A program made the position numbers and the translations under genes. Below, piece by piece: positions 20,001-29,252 of a stretch of DNA of 64,000 bases. The stretch lies in the sequence record NC_061443.1, one strand, 5' to 3'. The notes below the pieces were generated by a model that saw only the letters and a program-made list of their open reading frames with translations, made no database searches and had not been told where the DNA came from. Within the stretch, counting starts at the first letter, position 1; every line of letters begins with the position of its first letter.

Positions 20001-20252
20001 AGTCGTTTTAACCGGAAACGTATCTTCGAGATACTGCATCTGGTTCAGGAACAACTCACCTTCGGTCGAAGTGAAGATCTTGCCGTTACGCAAGTCATCG
20101 GTGGGCATGTGATCAAGGACGAGTAGTGCTTTTCCGCCTTTAGCGCTTTTACTCACGCTTTTCAGAAGTCGAACACCGTCATAGGTCTGCATGTCTGCAA
20201 ACTGCTCTGGCGGGTCGAAGTCAAGAGCTATAAACTTTGGTTTGTTCACCAT
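17085..20252 (-). CDS. polA: Family A DNA polymerase with N-terminal uracil-DNA-glycosylase-like domain and 3'-5' exonuclease
   Basis: ExoI AVDTET, ExoII NAKFD, ExoIII YAGLD; TGRTSASDPNLQQVP; motif A DYSAHE, motif B RNAVKTVIFGLIY, motif C VHDS; N-terminal PDYVLTFGKAPFKAL and YHTVLNP resemble family-4 UDG. Confidence 0.92.
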   Translation of the reverse strand: MVNKPKFIALDFDPPEQFADMQTYDGVRLLKSVSKSAKGGKALLVLDHMPTDDLRNGKIFTSTEGELFLNQMQYLEDTFPVKTTLDDWSFLVVSYNMFKTYDKGEQFKEDADAAFAERIREIIVSYKPDYVLTFGKAPFKALNNEKIQFSKDHYEHWYGVEIPTKVKSDGKKHSFIHLPNVSYHTVLNPMHISGSSYTLGYMARWMLPWLNKGMRYKIDEVTCGKKRNWDLVYVTKVKQLEKILKRMKRAKKVAVDTETENLNRIKNKILTVQLSCDGQKAYVIPIYHRDSPFTPKELRRVSEMLKDYFEDNSNKYQIYTNAKFDLNVMRSNFGIRSYAANVWDIQAGEFANDENAKSLLNVTGAGYYNLANLTMQYGCQVYHEVSFGKEMRATIADVDLDESVQEYAGLDVIVPFRIAEKQMLRANDIKYAKYESMVSEQISDQIHAFSILETTGAGADIDYLFKLNLPNSPINEEIRNVEREFMNSPEVKAANKLICQDDNVPKMGLMGRVEVTKFDMSKSEHKQILFFDVMKLKPLKEGEQLRENGKKTGKLDKDFQAAYADIPLVALYSKLGKAYKLKNAYVNSLLKLWGESEDFKHDRSIRPTYGYLGVVTGRTSASDPNLQQVPSRSEMGKLIKRILIARKNRLLIKVDYSAHEVRGWSIISGDQGVADVFEQGRKLRHRFRTVPDPWIEHRVEAEGDVHKINAAYFFGIPNVMDVTKSVRNAVKTVIFGLIYQQGDKGLAKSTGRDVKEIAEIKGKFLTRFPVGLKWFDKIKKFAHENFFVESPVGRRRHLWGLMLPESHKEANMVHAACDRRAVNSPVQGFGSDLMMSAIRILDRMKFEYWKANGEYPDFDMNVSVHDSLTVDCDYKWIFLALDMIERAMTSAVVEVVQKRHAGFEFTSVPEIDFEIGASEKDVQGWNFSYVQLHKLIKDGLIIKRDELGEKNLDVDKTTDSIMQDQYHLMSDWMKKQLWANNIKIRSMDKVNPLTNKDKKNVEEWLAELPKNTKTFEKYKAEEAAKKAAASADGAPKKIKISKSMLKNALKGIAKK

Positions 20253-20291
20253 CTAGTCCTATCAAAGTGTGTATCACAATATGATGGCAGC

Positions 20292-20300
20292 TATTTACAG
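20292..20300 (-). promoter_or_regulatory. CTGTAAATA motif upstream of the DNA polymerase gene
   Basis: Exact copy immediately after a terminator. Confidence 0.7.
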
Positions 20301-20311
20301 ATTCCAGAGAC

Positions 20312-20339
20312 AAAAAAGGGCACCCGAAGGCACCCTTTT
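20312..20339 (-). terminator. Rho-independent terminator
   Basis: Minus strand AAAAGGGTGCCTTCGGGTGCCCTTTTTT. Confidence 0.8.
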
Positions 20340-20347
20340 GGATTAAA

Positions 20348-21094
20348 TTACATTCGAAGCTCGGCGGCAGTACGTTCGCCTTTCTTAGCAGCAGCGGCAA
20401 TCTCTGCGTCAGTCGCGTCTTTGGTAGCCAGCAATTTGATGACGTTTTGAATGGAACGCAACTCACCAAGATGAATCTGAACTTTCTTGACCTTTTTCAA
20501 ATGGTCGCCGATGAAGGTCATCAGCCAGCCTTTCTGCTGCATGACAACAGCTACTTCCAGTTTCTTATACTGGAAAGAGAACTGCTTGCCAGAAGCATGT
20601 AAGAACTGACCCGCTCCTGCTACTGGTTCAACCGCACGAATGAAATCCAGTGCGTAGTCCTGAGCGTTTTGACGACGCAAGGAAGAGAAGGCAGGAGAGA
20701 ATGTAGTTGTGTTGACTACAGGCTTGATGCTTTTACTTGCGCGTACGGGCTTTCCCACTGTGGCATTCGCAGCCTCAGGTTTGACCTTGATTGCACGAAG
20801 CGCGTTGATGGTAGCCACCAGCGTTTTCGCTTTATACAGGTTCTTGATTGCAGTCACGGCGTTCTTACCCGCAGCTTTCTTGGCGAAGGCTGTAGTGGCG
20901 TCAGTGTCTTTCAGGATATCGAGAACGGTTTCGAGCTTGGACGTGTCCAACTCTTTAATCTTCGTCAGTTCGTCGATGCGTTTAATCAGAACTTTGGCGT
21001 TCTTGCCGAAGAGGATATCAGCGTTCGCCACCTGAGCTTTAGTCGCGGCAGAGATAGACACAACTGCACCGCTATTCATTGTCATGTTGTACAT
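20348..21094 (-). CDS. Basic Lys/Ala-rich protein with N-terminal VSISA tag (putative internal head protein)
   Basis: MYNMTMNSGAVVSISAATK; K/A-rich; AAGGAAC RBS. Confidence 0.6.
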   Translation of the reverse strand: MYNMTMNSGAVVSISAATKAQVANADILFGKNAKVLIKRIDELTKIKELDTSKLETVLDILKDTDATTAFAKKAAGKNAVTAIKNLYKAKTLVATINALRAIKVKPEAANATVGKPVRASKSIKPVVNTTTFSPAFSSLRRQNAQDYALDFIRAVEPVAGAGQFLHASGKQFSFQYKKLEVAVVMQQKGWLMTFIGDHLKKVKKVQIHLGELRSIQNVIKLLATKDATDAEIAAAAKKGERTAAELRM

Positions 21095-21103
21095 CGTAGT
21101 TCC

Positions 21104-21676
21104 TTATCGTTTCTTGGTCCAGTTGGAGTTCTGTTTGCCTTGCTGATTGTTCTGCTGAGGCTGCTTGGTGTCTTCCGTTTCACCATCTGTCTCAACGTCA
21201 TCTTCTTCCTCGTCGAGGACCGGCGTGGCATCCTGCACAGGTGCAGGTGATTGCGTTTGCGTGTTGAGAACATTAGAAGTCAGAGGTTGCTGCGGCACTG
21301 TACTCACGACAGCAACAGGCTCCTGTGAGGCCACTACACGAGCTTTGGCGACTTCGCCTACAGCGTTTTCATGAATCAGGTCAACAGTAACAAGCTGGCC
21401 TTTCGTCTTCAGGATTTCATCAGCGCGAGCTTGGTCCCACTTATCCCAGAGAATGTCCAGACCCTTGTGCATGTAGTTCATGCCAGCAGGCAGCTTACCA
21501 CGACCGTTGAAAGGCAGACCGTTAGAAGGAGTAGCTGGCTCAAACTCGTCCATCATCTCCCACTTACGTTTCGCTTCAATACACTTCGGTCCCCACACGC
21601 CGTCACACAGACCATCATAGATACCCATGATTGTCATGATAAGCTGGAGCTTTTGATAGAACTTGTTTAACATCAT
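21104..21676 (-). CDS. Protein with N-terminal peptidoglycan-binding-like domain and low-complexity C-terminus
   Basis: YQKLQLIMTIMGIYDGLCDGVWGPKCIEAKRKWE fits LQ..L...G.y.g..DG.wG..t..A...fQ. Confidence 0.5.
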   Translation of the reverse strand: MMLNKFYQKLQLIMTIMGIYDGLCDGVWGPKCIEAKRKWEMMDEFEPATPSNGLPFNGRGKLPAGMNYMHKGLDILWDKWDQARADEILKTKGQLVTVDLIHENAVGEVAKARVVASQEPVAVVSTVPQQPLTSNVLNTQTQSPAPVQDATPVLDEEEDDVETDGETEDTKQPQQNNQQGKQNSNWTKKR

Positions 21677-21685
21677 GCTCTCCTT

Positions 21686-21708
21686 AAGAAAGGGGCCGAA
21701 GCCCCTTT
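21686..21708 (-). terminator. Rho-independent terminator after the SNF2 gene
   Basis: Minus strand AAAGGGGCTTCGGCCCCTTTCTT. Confidence 0.85.
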
Positions 21709-21714
21709 ATCTGA

Positions 21715-24700
21715 TTACACTGCCTTGTTCTTGGTAGCAGTAAGTTTCAGACGGTCAAGAGCCGTCGTCACTTTCTTGATGTTCGTGATGCTGTAGCCAG
21801 CTTTCACGATCTTGTTGATACGTGCTTTAGCGCCAGCGACATTCTTCACGAAACCAATCCACATACCAGGAGAGGAGTCGAAGGTACCGAACTTACGGGT
21901 GTTTGGAATCTTCGTACCGATGAAGCGTTTCATCTGTGGGTTCGTGTTCAGGTCGAACATGATACGCAGACGATCTTCCATCACCATCGGGTATGCCTTG
22001 ACGTGTTTCTTATCAGAGGCTGCCTTATGGCGAATCAGGAAGAACTGCTTCAACTGCTCCTGAGCTTTCAACGCCAACTTAATGTTGAAGCCCATACGAG
22101 GCGTAGACTCGTCAAAGAAGTCCAGCACAAACTCCAAACGCTTCTCGGAAGGCTTGTCGAATGCCAGTTTCTTCTTAGTCTCGATGAAGTCGAGCATCGC
22201 TTCGAAGTCAGAGTAGTAGGCACAGTCGTAATACACGTAGTCACCGAACTCCACAAAGTCGAAGTCCTTGAGAGCCTTAGCATCAGGGTCGGTAGCGTTC
22301 GCGTAAATTGCCACGAAGCCGTTATACACGGTAGGAGTCAGTTCGAGTGCCATATCAGCACCGCCAACGTCATCCAGAACCGCAGCGGCAACAGGTTTCT
22401 TACGACGAGTTGTGTTATCCAACGCAGGCAGTTCCGCAGGCTTACGACGACGAACACGACCAGCAGCCTCAGCAACACCTTCGTTGATTGGCTTACCTTC
22501 TGCCTTGTTCTCGGTACGTTTCTTGGCACGAGCGGTCTTACGCGCTACGGCCACAACCTTCTTCTCTGTCTCAACCGTGTCGGCAGTCTCAGTCTCGTCC
22601 TGAATGGTGTCTTCAACTTCAACACGATTCGCTTCGGCAGTAGCACGTTTGCGGTCTTTCTCATTTGCCCACGGCTTACGGACTTCGAAGAACTTCTTGA
22701 GATCAGACTTATCAACTTTAGTTGCGATATGTACCTTCGCAGCAGGGAAGCTAACAGTCTCGCCTGTACCAGCCAGACGCACACGCACGGTACTGATTGG
22801 ACTGTCTGCACGGAGCTTGCCGTCAACAGTACGCACAGTCACAGACACGATAACACCATTACCGTACTCAGTCACAACAGGTGCACGGTTCAGAGAGTCT
22901 TTCAACCCTTCGCCGCTCGTGAAGTTACGGTTACGCGCCCAGTCAAGCAGACGCTCAAGGCCCCAGCCGTAGCGATCAGGAATCTTCTGGTTAGCAACAA
23001 ACGGAGTCTGTTCCATAACACGGAAGTCATTCAGAGCAGGCGTTGACGGCAGTGCTTGCATTGCTGCAATCGTCGTCTTACGCATCTCCTGGAATTCCTG
23101 AGACTCGATTTCGTTCAGGTCACGCTTCGCAAGGAAGTAGTCCTGGAAGTCAGCCATTGTGTTGTTATCGATCAGGAGCTTGGCGCTCATTTTGATCGGG
23201 TCCAACTTGTACTGGTCGAGTGCTTCGTAACGCTGGTTACCTTTCTCGTCGAAACGAGTTTTCTCCAGTGTCTTCCACATCAGACGAGCGACCTTACCAA
23301 CTTCAAGGGTCTTGTTCGTCATTACCCAGTCAATGAACACAACTTCACGAGCCATGTCGCCTGGCTTACCGTCTTCGTCCAGCTTCGCAGCAGCAACGTC
23401 AGGCCGGAAGATACGCGCAGTAGACTGATCGTAAGTACCCGGCGACCACGGTGTATCGCAGCGGATGATACGGCTACCCATCTGCATGTTGTGGCCTTCG
23501 GAAATTGCCTGCTCGTTCGCAATCAGAATCTGGACGTTGTTGTCCGTCTTGAATGCGTCGAGGTTAGCGTCTTTGTTCTGGCCCAGCTTGCCTACTTCAC
23601 CGTGATACACTACAGCAACTTTCTTGTAGTTCTCAGGCAGAGCGTTGTAAATGGCGTTAGCAGAACGAACGTAGCGCGTGAAGACAATCAGCTTACCCTG
23701 CACCTCTGGCTTCCAGTATTCTGGATCATCTGGTGGAGGAGTCATGGACGGAGGCAGTGCTTGACGCTTGAACTCTTCGGACTGCTTACGGGCCAGATAC
23801 TTCTGACCGTTATAGACAGCAATGTCCAGCTCACGAGGAGTAACGCCCGGCTTCCAGTCGAAGATCTGTTGCTCACCAACCATCTGGTCACGTTCAGGCT
23901 GCACTTCGAAGTGCTTCTTGATACGGTCGATGATGGTCATGACTTTAGCGGATGTGAAGTTGGTAACGCCGGCAGCTTCAAACGTCATACGCGCAACGTC
24001 ATCGCCCATCGGGTCAGTCAACATCATTTCCATACGCTGGAAGTACATGTTCAGGTCAGCATTACCTGCAAGCAGTGCGCCGAGGTCATCGCCTTCTTCG
24101 ATATCGTCTTCGTCAATGTCAGAAGCGTTGTCACCATCGCCACCAGCATCTTCGTCGTCTTCATCACCTGCAGCAGAAGCCTTGCGCTTCGCAGCATTAG
24201 CCGCGTCTTGCAATTTCTCCAGTACCTGTTCGTACATCGCGTTATACACCTCTTGGTGCAACGCGGAGTTAGGAACAGTTGGGCCATCAATCTCAACCTG
24301 AATGAAGGTATCAATCGGGTTCGGCAGCATGAACGCCCAGTGCTTACGTTTGAACGAGATGAACGCAGTATGGTTCGCCATACGAGAGTGAGCACGACGA
24401 ATCATTTCGATATCGTCTTTCGCACCGTCATACGCCACGTCAAGGTTATCGCCGAACATAGCAGGCGTCATCAACGCAGCCTGACCAACGATATCACGCA
24501 CACGGTCGGTTACCAGCGTACCTGTAGCGATACGTGCATAGCGAACAGACGGAGCAGTGAACACCGCTTTGGTGTTGAAGTGTACCTGAGAGCCTGACTG
24601 GCCACCAGAGAAGTTCTTCACCTTGTGCGATTCATCGAGCAGCACGTAGCTGAAACGGAAGCGGTTAACAAACTCTACCGCGCCACGAATACGCACACGC

Positions 24701-27567
24701 ACACCACCGACGTCAACGTTAAACGTACCAGTCTGCAAGAAGCTCAAGCCCACGATGTAGATAGTGTTGCGAGGAGCCTGCTGGATAACGTCGTACATGC
24801 GGTCTTCGCCCCACGTGTTAACCGTGTCAGCAGTGATAGGCACTGCGTTCCAGCCGTCAACAACTTTGTGGAGATCGTCACACCAGTTCGATACTAGGTT
24901 AGACGGACAGATAATCAGAGGACGAATGGTTTCTTCACCCAGATCATCCAGCTCTTTAATCAGAGCAGCAACGTCAGTCAGACCGATGATAGTCTTACCA
25001 CCGCCAGGCGCGATGAAGATAGTCGCAAAGCGTGGACGACGACGCAGCGTTTTGTGCGCTTCAACCTGATGCGGGAGTAACGCAGCACCATCTTTCAGGC
25101 CAGGAATACGGATATCGTCAATCGTGATACCGCTGTCTGGTTTAAGTTTCTCAATCTCCACCTCAGCCTGTTCGAAGTATTCGAGTGACTTAGGAATCAC
25201 TTCGCTATACATCGCGGCGAACGGCAGGATGATCTGTTGCAGACGGTCAGAGCCAGGAGCGGTGTCGCTTTCAATCAGAGAGCTAAACAGCTTCTTACGG
25301 TCAGACTTGGTGAGTGCGTTTGCCATTTCACGATAGAGCGCACCACCGAAGTAGTTGTTCAGTCGCGCCATGTCAGACAGCTTCGACGTTTCACCCATCA
25401 CGAAGTAGTGAGTGTGCGAAGGCAGGGACTCGGTGGCAGCCTGAATGCTCCCCATCTCAGTGAGAGAGGTAGAGATCAGGTTAGAACCACGCAGACCAGC
25501 AGCATCGTTCAGCACACGAATCATGATGCGCATCAAAGTCAGTGCAGGACGTTCGAGAGCAATATCAGGAACAGAGAAGTCGTTCTCGATCAGATTCTGA
25601 TACAGGTTCTGGTCCATCGGACTTTCTGCCAATGAAGCATTCTCTGCGTCCATACCGATCGCAACACGAGCCTGTTGAATCAGAGTTTTCAGATCAGGAA
25701 CTTGTTTGTTCTTGAGCATGAACTCATAGGTCTGACAGGTAGATGCAATAATCTGAATCAGTTCGTGGACGTTAGAGCCTTCGGTGCTATTGTACTTGAT
25801 GGTGCTTTCTGACACAGCTTCCACAAGACGGCCTGAACCAGACTCAGCTTTCGCCGCTTCGATCATCATGTCGTTAGACGTGCGATACGCAGGCATCATA
25901 CCAGAAGATTGGTTGTGATGAATGCTACCGATAACGCTAGACACAGAACGGAAGTTAGGCGCTTCACCAGGCTCTGCGAAGTCGTAACCGAGTGAGTCAG
26001 CGACGTCCAGTGAAGTAGGAGATTTCATACCAACGGTACGAGTTTCTTTCACATCGAGGCCACCGCCGTTCGAGGTGTTAACGATCAGCGCGAAGTCAGG
26101 GTCGATACCGATACACACGTTGCTGAAACGATTAAGGGTTTTAGCCTTAGCCTGAACGTCACGGTCGAAGTCCAGATTGCCGTTCTGAATGGCGAACATG
26201 TTGGTACGCAGGGTGTCGTGGTCAGTAGACAGCGGCACGCCTTTCTCAAACAGATTTTCCAGAACATCGTTCAACGTAGTCTCGTAGTTACGGACCATGT
26301 CAATGTCGATATCTTCACGACGAGGCAGCACTGCGAGAGTACCGTTCGGCATGATTGTCAGACCATTATCGTCAGCAACAACATCGTTAACCACGTAACC
26401 AAACTTCTCACGGAGTTTCTTCAACTCAGGCAGAGTGGTCGCAGATGTAACGTAACGCGGGATACGCGCAGCACGGGTGATACCCGTACGAGTTGAGCCA
26501 GCAACACGGAAGTAGTAGCTCGCCCAGCCTTGGAACCAACGATACAGACACATGGTCTGCGTGTCGGCGCCCTGACTGATATACTCCACCAGCTCTTTCT
26601 CGAAGTTAACGATCAACCCGCCTTCAACGCGAACGTCGATAGCAAGTGCCACTTCGTTGAAATCAACAGGCGTGTCGTGGCTGATCTTCATCGCTTGGAT
26701 CTTGCGATCAATCATCGCCTTGCCCGGCACTGGACGAATACCGATAGTCATGAAGTCGCCGAGTGCTTCTGCGGCAGACTTATCCAGATTACGGAAAATG
26801 TCGATATCAATGCCATTCATCGCAGGGTGAATGGAACGCAAAGCGGCGTTATAGATAGACCAGTCTTTATCGAGCGGGATACGGACCATCTTCGTATCGA
26901 AGGCATTACCGTTTGTGCGTTCAACACCGAAGATATCTTTGTACAGAGTCTTCGCCACACGAATAGCAGCCTGTGCAATCTCAGAGCTGTACGTGCGGAT
27001 GTTAGCTGATTCGAATGCTGCGTCGTTGTCTACGCGAGGACGATCGCTACCCTGATTGTTCAGCACGTTAAAGTTACCATGCGATGCCAGCGGGCTGGTA
27101 GGAACCGGCGTGCCTGACATGATGATATCTTTACCGCCTGGGAAGCGCGTACTGTTTTCGATGATGGCGCCAGACGATGCAGACAGATGCTCAGCCAGTG
27201 AGGTCTTAATCTCACGACTCAACTTGTCTCCGTTCAGCGTCATGTTGATGCGCATTGTCGCCAGCTCAATGTTCGATTTGATACGCTTGGTAAAGTCTTC
27301 AGGAGAGACTTCCAGCATATCTTCGAACTCGGCACCGTTAACAACGATGTAGCTGATCAGGTCGAATGCGGCATAGATACGAGCGACGGTAGATGCGGTG
27401 AACACTGCGAGGGTTTCGTAGTTACGACGAGACTTCCCTGTAGCGTACATCTTCGACATTTTACCATCGAACTCGGGCGGCAACGCACGGATAGCAAGAG
27501 CCTGACTAAACGTGTCGGCGATCTGCTGGGTTGCGGTTGCTGAGGCACTGATCATTTGATTCATCAT
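21715..27567 (-). CDS. Giant (1950 aa) SNF2/SWI2-family helicase-like ATPase with N-terminal ISASA tag
   Basis: LLPHQ, APGGGKT, LLDESHKVKN, ATGT, LIVFTRY, ISEGHNMQ, WSPG..DQSTARIFR match SNF2 motifs Q, I, II, III, IV, V and VI. Confidence 0.88.
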   Translation of the reverse strand: MMNQMISASATATQQIADTFSQALAIRALPPEFDGKMSKMYATGKSRRNYETLAVFTASTVARIYAAFDLISYIVVNGAEFEDMLEVSPEDFTKRIKSNIELATMRINMTLNGDKLSREIKTSLAEHLSASSGAIIENSTRFPGGKDIIMSGTPVPTSPLASHGNFNVLNNQGSDRPRVDNDAAFESANIRTYSSEIAQAAIRVAKTLYKDIFGVERTNGNAFDTKMVRIPLDKDWSIYNAALRSIHPAMNGIDIDIFRNLDKSAAEALGDFMTIGIRPVPGKAMIDRKIQAMKISHDTPVDFNEVALAIDVRVEGGLIVNFEKELVEYISQGADTQTMCLYRWFQGWASYYFRVAGSTRTGITRAARIPRYVTSATTLPELKKLREKFGYVVNDVVADDNGLTIMPNGTLAVLPRREDIDIDMVRNYETTLNDVLENLFEKGVPLSTDHDTLRTNMFAIQNGNLDFDRDVQAKAKTLNRFSNVCIGIDPDFALIVNTSNGGGLDVKETRTVGMKSPTSLDVADSLGYDFAEPGEAPNFRSVSSVIGSIHHNQSSGMMPAYRTSNDMMIEAAKAESGSGRLVEAVSESTIKYNSTEGSNVHELIQIIASTCQTYEFMLKNKQVPDLKTLIQQARVAIGMDAENASLAESPMDQNLYQNLIENDFSVPDIALERPALTLMRIMIRVLNDAAGLRGSNLISTSLTEMGSIQAATESLPSHTHYFVMGETSKLSDMARLNNYFGGALYREMANALTKSDRKKLFSSLIESDTAPGSDRLQQIILPFAAMYSEVIPKSLEYFEQAEVEIEKLKPDSGITIDDIRIPGLKDGAALLPHQVEAHKTLRRRPRFATIFIAPGGGKTIIGLTDVAALIKELDDLGEETIRPLIICPSNLVSNWCDDLHKVVDGWNAVPITADTVNTWGEDRMYDVIQQAPRNTIYIVGLSFLQTGTFNVDVGGVRVRIRGAVEFVNRFRFSYVLLDESHKVKNFSGGQSGSQVHFNTKAVFTAPSVRYARIATGTLVTDRVRDIVGQAALMTPAMFGDNLDVAYDGAKDDIEMIRRAHSRMANHTAFISFKRKHWAFMLPNPIDTFIQVEIDGPTVPNSALHQEVYNAMYEQVLEKLQDAANAAKRKASAAGDEDDEDAGGDGDNASDIDEDDIEEGDDLGALLAGNADLNMYFQRMEMMLTDPMGDDVARMTFEAAGVTNFTSAKVMTIIDRIKKHFEVQPERDQMVGEQQIFDWKPGVTPRELDIAVYNGQKYLARKQSEEFKRQALPPSMTPPPDDPEYWKPEVQGKLIVFTRYVRSANAIYNALPENYKKVAVVYHGEVGKLGQNKDANLDAFKTDNNVQILIANEQAISEGHNMQMGSRIIRCDTPWSPGTYDQSTARIFRPDVAAAKLDEDGKPGDMAREVVFIDWVMTNKTLEVGKVARLMWKTLEKTRFDEKGNQRYEALDQYKLDPIKMSAKLLIDNNTMADFQDYFLAKRDLNEIESQEFQEMRKTTIAAMQALPSTPALNDFRVMEQTPFVANQKIPDRYGWGLERLLDWARNRNFTSGEGLKDSLNRAPVVTEYGNGVIVSVTVRTVDGKLRADSPISTVRVRLAGTGETVSFPAAKVHIATKVDKSDLKKFFEVRKPWANEKDRKRATAEANRVEVEDTIQDETETADTVETEKKVVAVARKTARAKKRTENKAEGKPINEGVAEAAGRVRRRKPAELPALDNTTRRKKPVAAAVLDDVGGADMALELTPTVYNGFVAIYANATDPDAKALKDFDFVEFGDYVYYDCAYYSDFEAMLDFIETKKKLAFDKPSEKRLEFVLDFFDESTPRMGFNIKLALKAQEQLKQFFLIRHKAASDKKHVKAYPMVMEDRLRIMFDLNTNPQMKRFIGTKIPNTRKFGTFDSSPGMWIGFVKNVAGAKARINKIVKAGYSITNIKKVTTALDRLKLTATKNKAV

Positions 27568-28061
27568 TCACCCAGTTTACTGTAGTTGTCGATTACAGAC
27601 GTCCACACCGCTGGTACAGGCAAGCGGCGGTCCGCAGCAATATCGGAAAGCACGATGGCCAGCGCGTAAGCACGAAGCGGATTCAGTCCTTCGAACTTAT
27701 CACGGGTGAACACCGAGGTCAATTGCTCATTGGTTAGCGTCTGATACTGCGCCCTGTATTCAGTCAGGTAGATGCGATACTTACCGTCTTCAACAGGAGT
27801 GGTATCAGGAGTGTTCTGCACAGAGAGCAACGCTTTCCCCAACGCATCCATAATCAGCAGCAGATCAGTTTGATCATACGGCGTGATATCAGGAACGTTA
27901 GAAGTGCCTAGCAGTTCGAGAACTGACTCAGGCAATTGGATAGGCTCTCGCGCCTCAGAGATGGACTCAATAACCCCTTGTGCGGCATTCGCGTAGCTTT
28001 TTCCACTAAGCGCAATGCCAGACAGTAAGGAATGGAGCCGCGTATTTACGTCGTGCGTCAC
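27564..28061 (-). CDS. Hypothetical protein (start corrected to GTG at 28061)
   Basis: AGGAGA RBS upstream of the GTG; coupled to the SNF2 start. Confidence 0.6.
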   Translation of the reverse strand: MTHDVNTRLHSLLSGIALSGKSYANAAQGVIESISEAREPIQLPESVLELLGTSNVPDITPYDQTDLLLIMDALGKALLSVQNTPDTTPVEDGKYRIYLTEYRAQYQTLTNEQLTSVFTRDKFEGLNPLRAYALAIVLSDIAADRRLPVPAVWTSVIDNYSKLGE

Positions 28062-28071
28062 GGTTCTTCTC

Positions 28072-28854
28072 CTAGATAAAAATGCTCTTGACCAGAGTGT
28101 TGAGCTTCTTCTCCACAGCATGTTTCTTGTGCGTGGTCAGGAAACTACACAGGCGGCGAGACTGTAGATGCAGAGCGAAAGCATTGCCCTTGACGCGCAT
28201 ACAATCAATGCCCAGATCAATATTCCACGGATGCCAAGCACGAGGTGCAAGCATCGCCTGTTGGATATTTGGATAAGTGTCCATCACAACGGGTACCGCA
28301 GACTTTGCCAGTTTCTTGGTCAAATTATCAGTTTTGAACAAAGCCTTCGGTTGTTTGTTCGAAAACCAGTAAGGAACCTGCTTGTGTAGCAACTCACCCA
28401 CTTTCGGTATACCACCACGAGTCGTCTGTGGAACATAGACCAGATAGATATCGATCGTGGTGTTAATGCAGTTAGCAACACGGTTGTAGTCGCTGCTGGT
28501 GCGTGAATGCACTTCGGCGAGTTTAAACTTGTTGCTGAACTCGATGCGCTGTAACCACTGACGCAGGTCCTGTTGTTGCAGACGGATCAGCGCACGGGCT
28601 GTCTCCAGAGAGTGCTTAGTCACAGACGGCACAGGACGCAGCAGATAGCTTGTGCTCGTCTTGGCCAGAGATGACATGAAGCCTTCAACAACACGCTGCA
28701 TACCTAAAGGCTGAGGCAGCGAATGGAATAGATCGACAGCAGTTTGGGTTGTGATGAATGCACCCCACGCCTCGATGTACTCAGGACTAACGCAATCAGG
28801 GAAGTTACGCAGGTCGAGTCCTACGTCGGAGCCATAGCGTTTCAAACGACTCAC
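28072..28854 (-). CDS. Hypothetical protein
   Basis: 260 aa ORF overlapping the HNH stop; GGAGG RBS. Confidence 0.65.
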   Translation of the reverse strand: MSRLKRYGSDVGLDLRNFPDCVSPEYIEAWGAFITTQTAVDLFHSLPQPLGMQRVVEGFMSSLAKTSTSYLLRPVPSVTKHSLETARALIRLQQQDLRQWLQRIEFSNKFKLAEVHSRTSSDYNRVANCINTTIDIYLVYVPQTTRGGIPKVGELLHKQVPYWFSNKQPKALFKTDNLTKKLAKSAVPVVMDTYPNIQQAMLAPRAWHPWNIDLGIDCMRVKGNAFALHLQSRRLCSFLTTHKKHAVEKKLNTLVKSIFI

Positions 28855-29216
28855 TTTCTACCTCCGTGAAGCAATTTGGAACCTCTGCGGTTCGCACTGC
28901 CTATCTGATTGTTGTCGCACGGATAGCATAGCAGTTCGAGGTTATGTTTCATGTTCGAGCCACCATTGGCGTGTGCAACTTTATGGTTGAGGATAAGCTC
29001 TCGCGTAGGTTTACCGCAACGCTCACAATAGTAACCACGCTCGTCAATGATACTCATTTTGAGTTTGGTCCAGTCACTTCTGTCCATACGAACGTGTGTT
29101 CCTGTGCGGGCACGTTCAAGTCCCGTTACGCCAGCAAGACGTTGAGAAGTAGATAGGCTGCGTCCACGTCCCCCTTGTGTTCTTGCTGCGATACCACCTC
29201 TTGGTCTGTAAGCCAT
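28851..29216 (-). CDS. HNH endonuclease with basic N-terminal tail
   Basis: CERCG...LILNHKVAHANGGSNMKHNLELLCYPCDN is a zinc-binding HNH pattern. Confidence 0.8.
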   Translation of the reverse strand: MAYRPRGGIAARTQGGRGRSLSTSQRLAGVTGLERARTGTHVRMDRSDWTKLKMSIIDERGYYCERCGKPTRELILNHKVAHANGGSNMKHNLELLCYPCDNNQIGSANRRGSKLLHGGRK

Positions 29217-29241
29217 GTGCCTATTCTCCTAAATACAATGA

Positions 29242-29250
29242 TATTTACAG
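29242..29250 (-). promoter_or_regulatory. CTGTAAATA motif upstream of the HNH gene
   Basis: Exact copy. Confidence 0.65.
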
Positions 29251-29252
29251 AC

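Noticed and set aside
17085-20252. Intein or intron in the DNA polymerase or helicases
   Set aside because: Motif spacing is continuous with no LAGLIDADG/HINT (C...HN-C/S/T) signatures or frame breaks.
22003-24597. Long plus-strand ORFs (347 aa and 513 aa) opposite the SNF2 gene, plus many other plus-strand ORFs from 600 to 61800
   Set aside because: Antisense shadows of strongly biased minus-strand codons; no RBS, no recognisable motifs, and they overlap clearly real genes.
28851-29216. HNH as a mobile homing endonuclease or intron marker
   Set aside because: Free-standing, short, with its own class-1 promoter and no interrupted gene or intron structure nearby; more likely a resident phage HNH.
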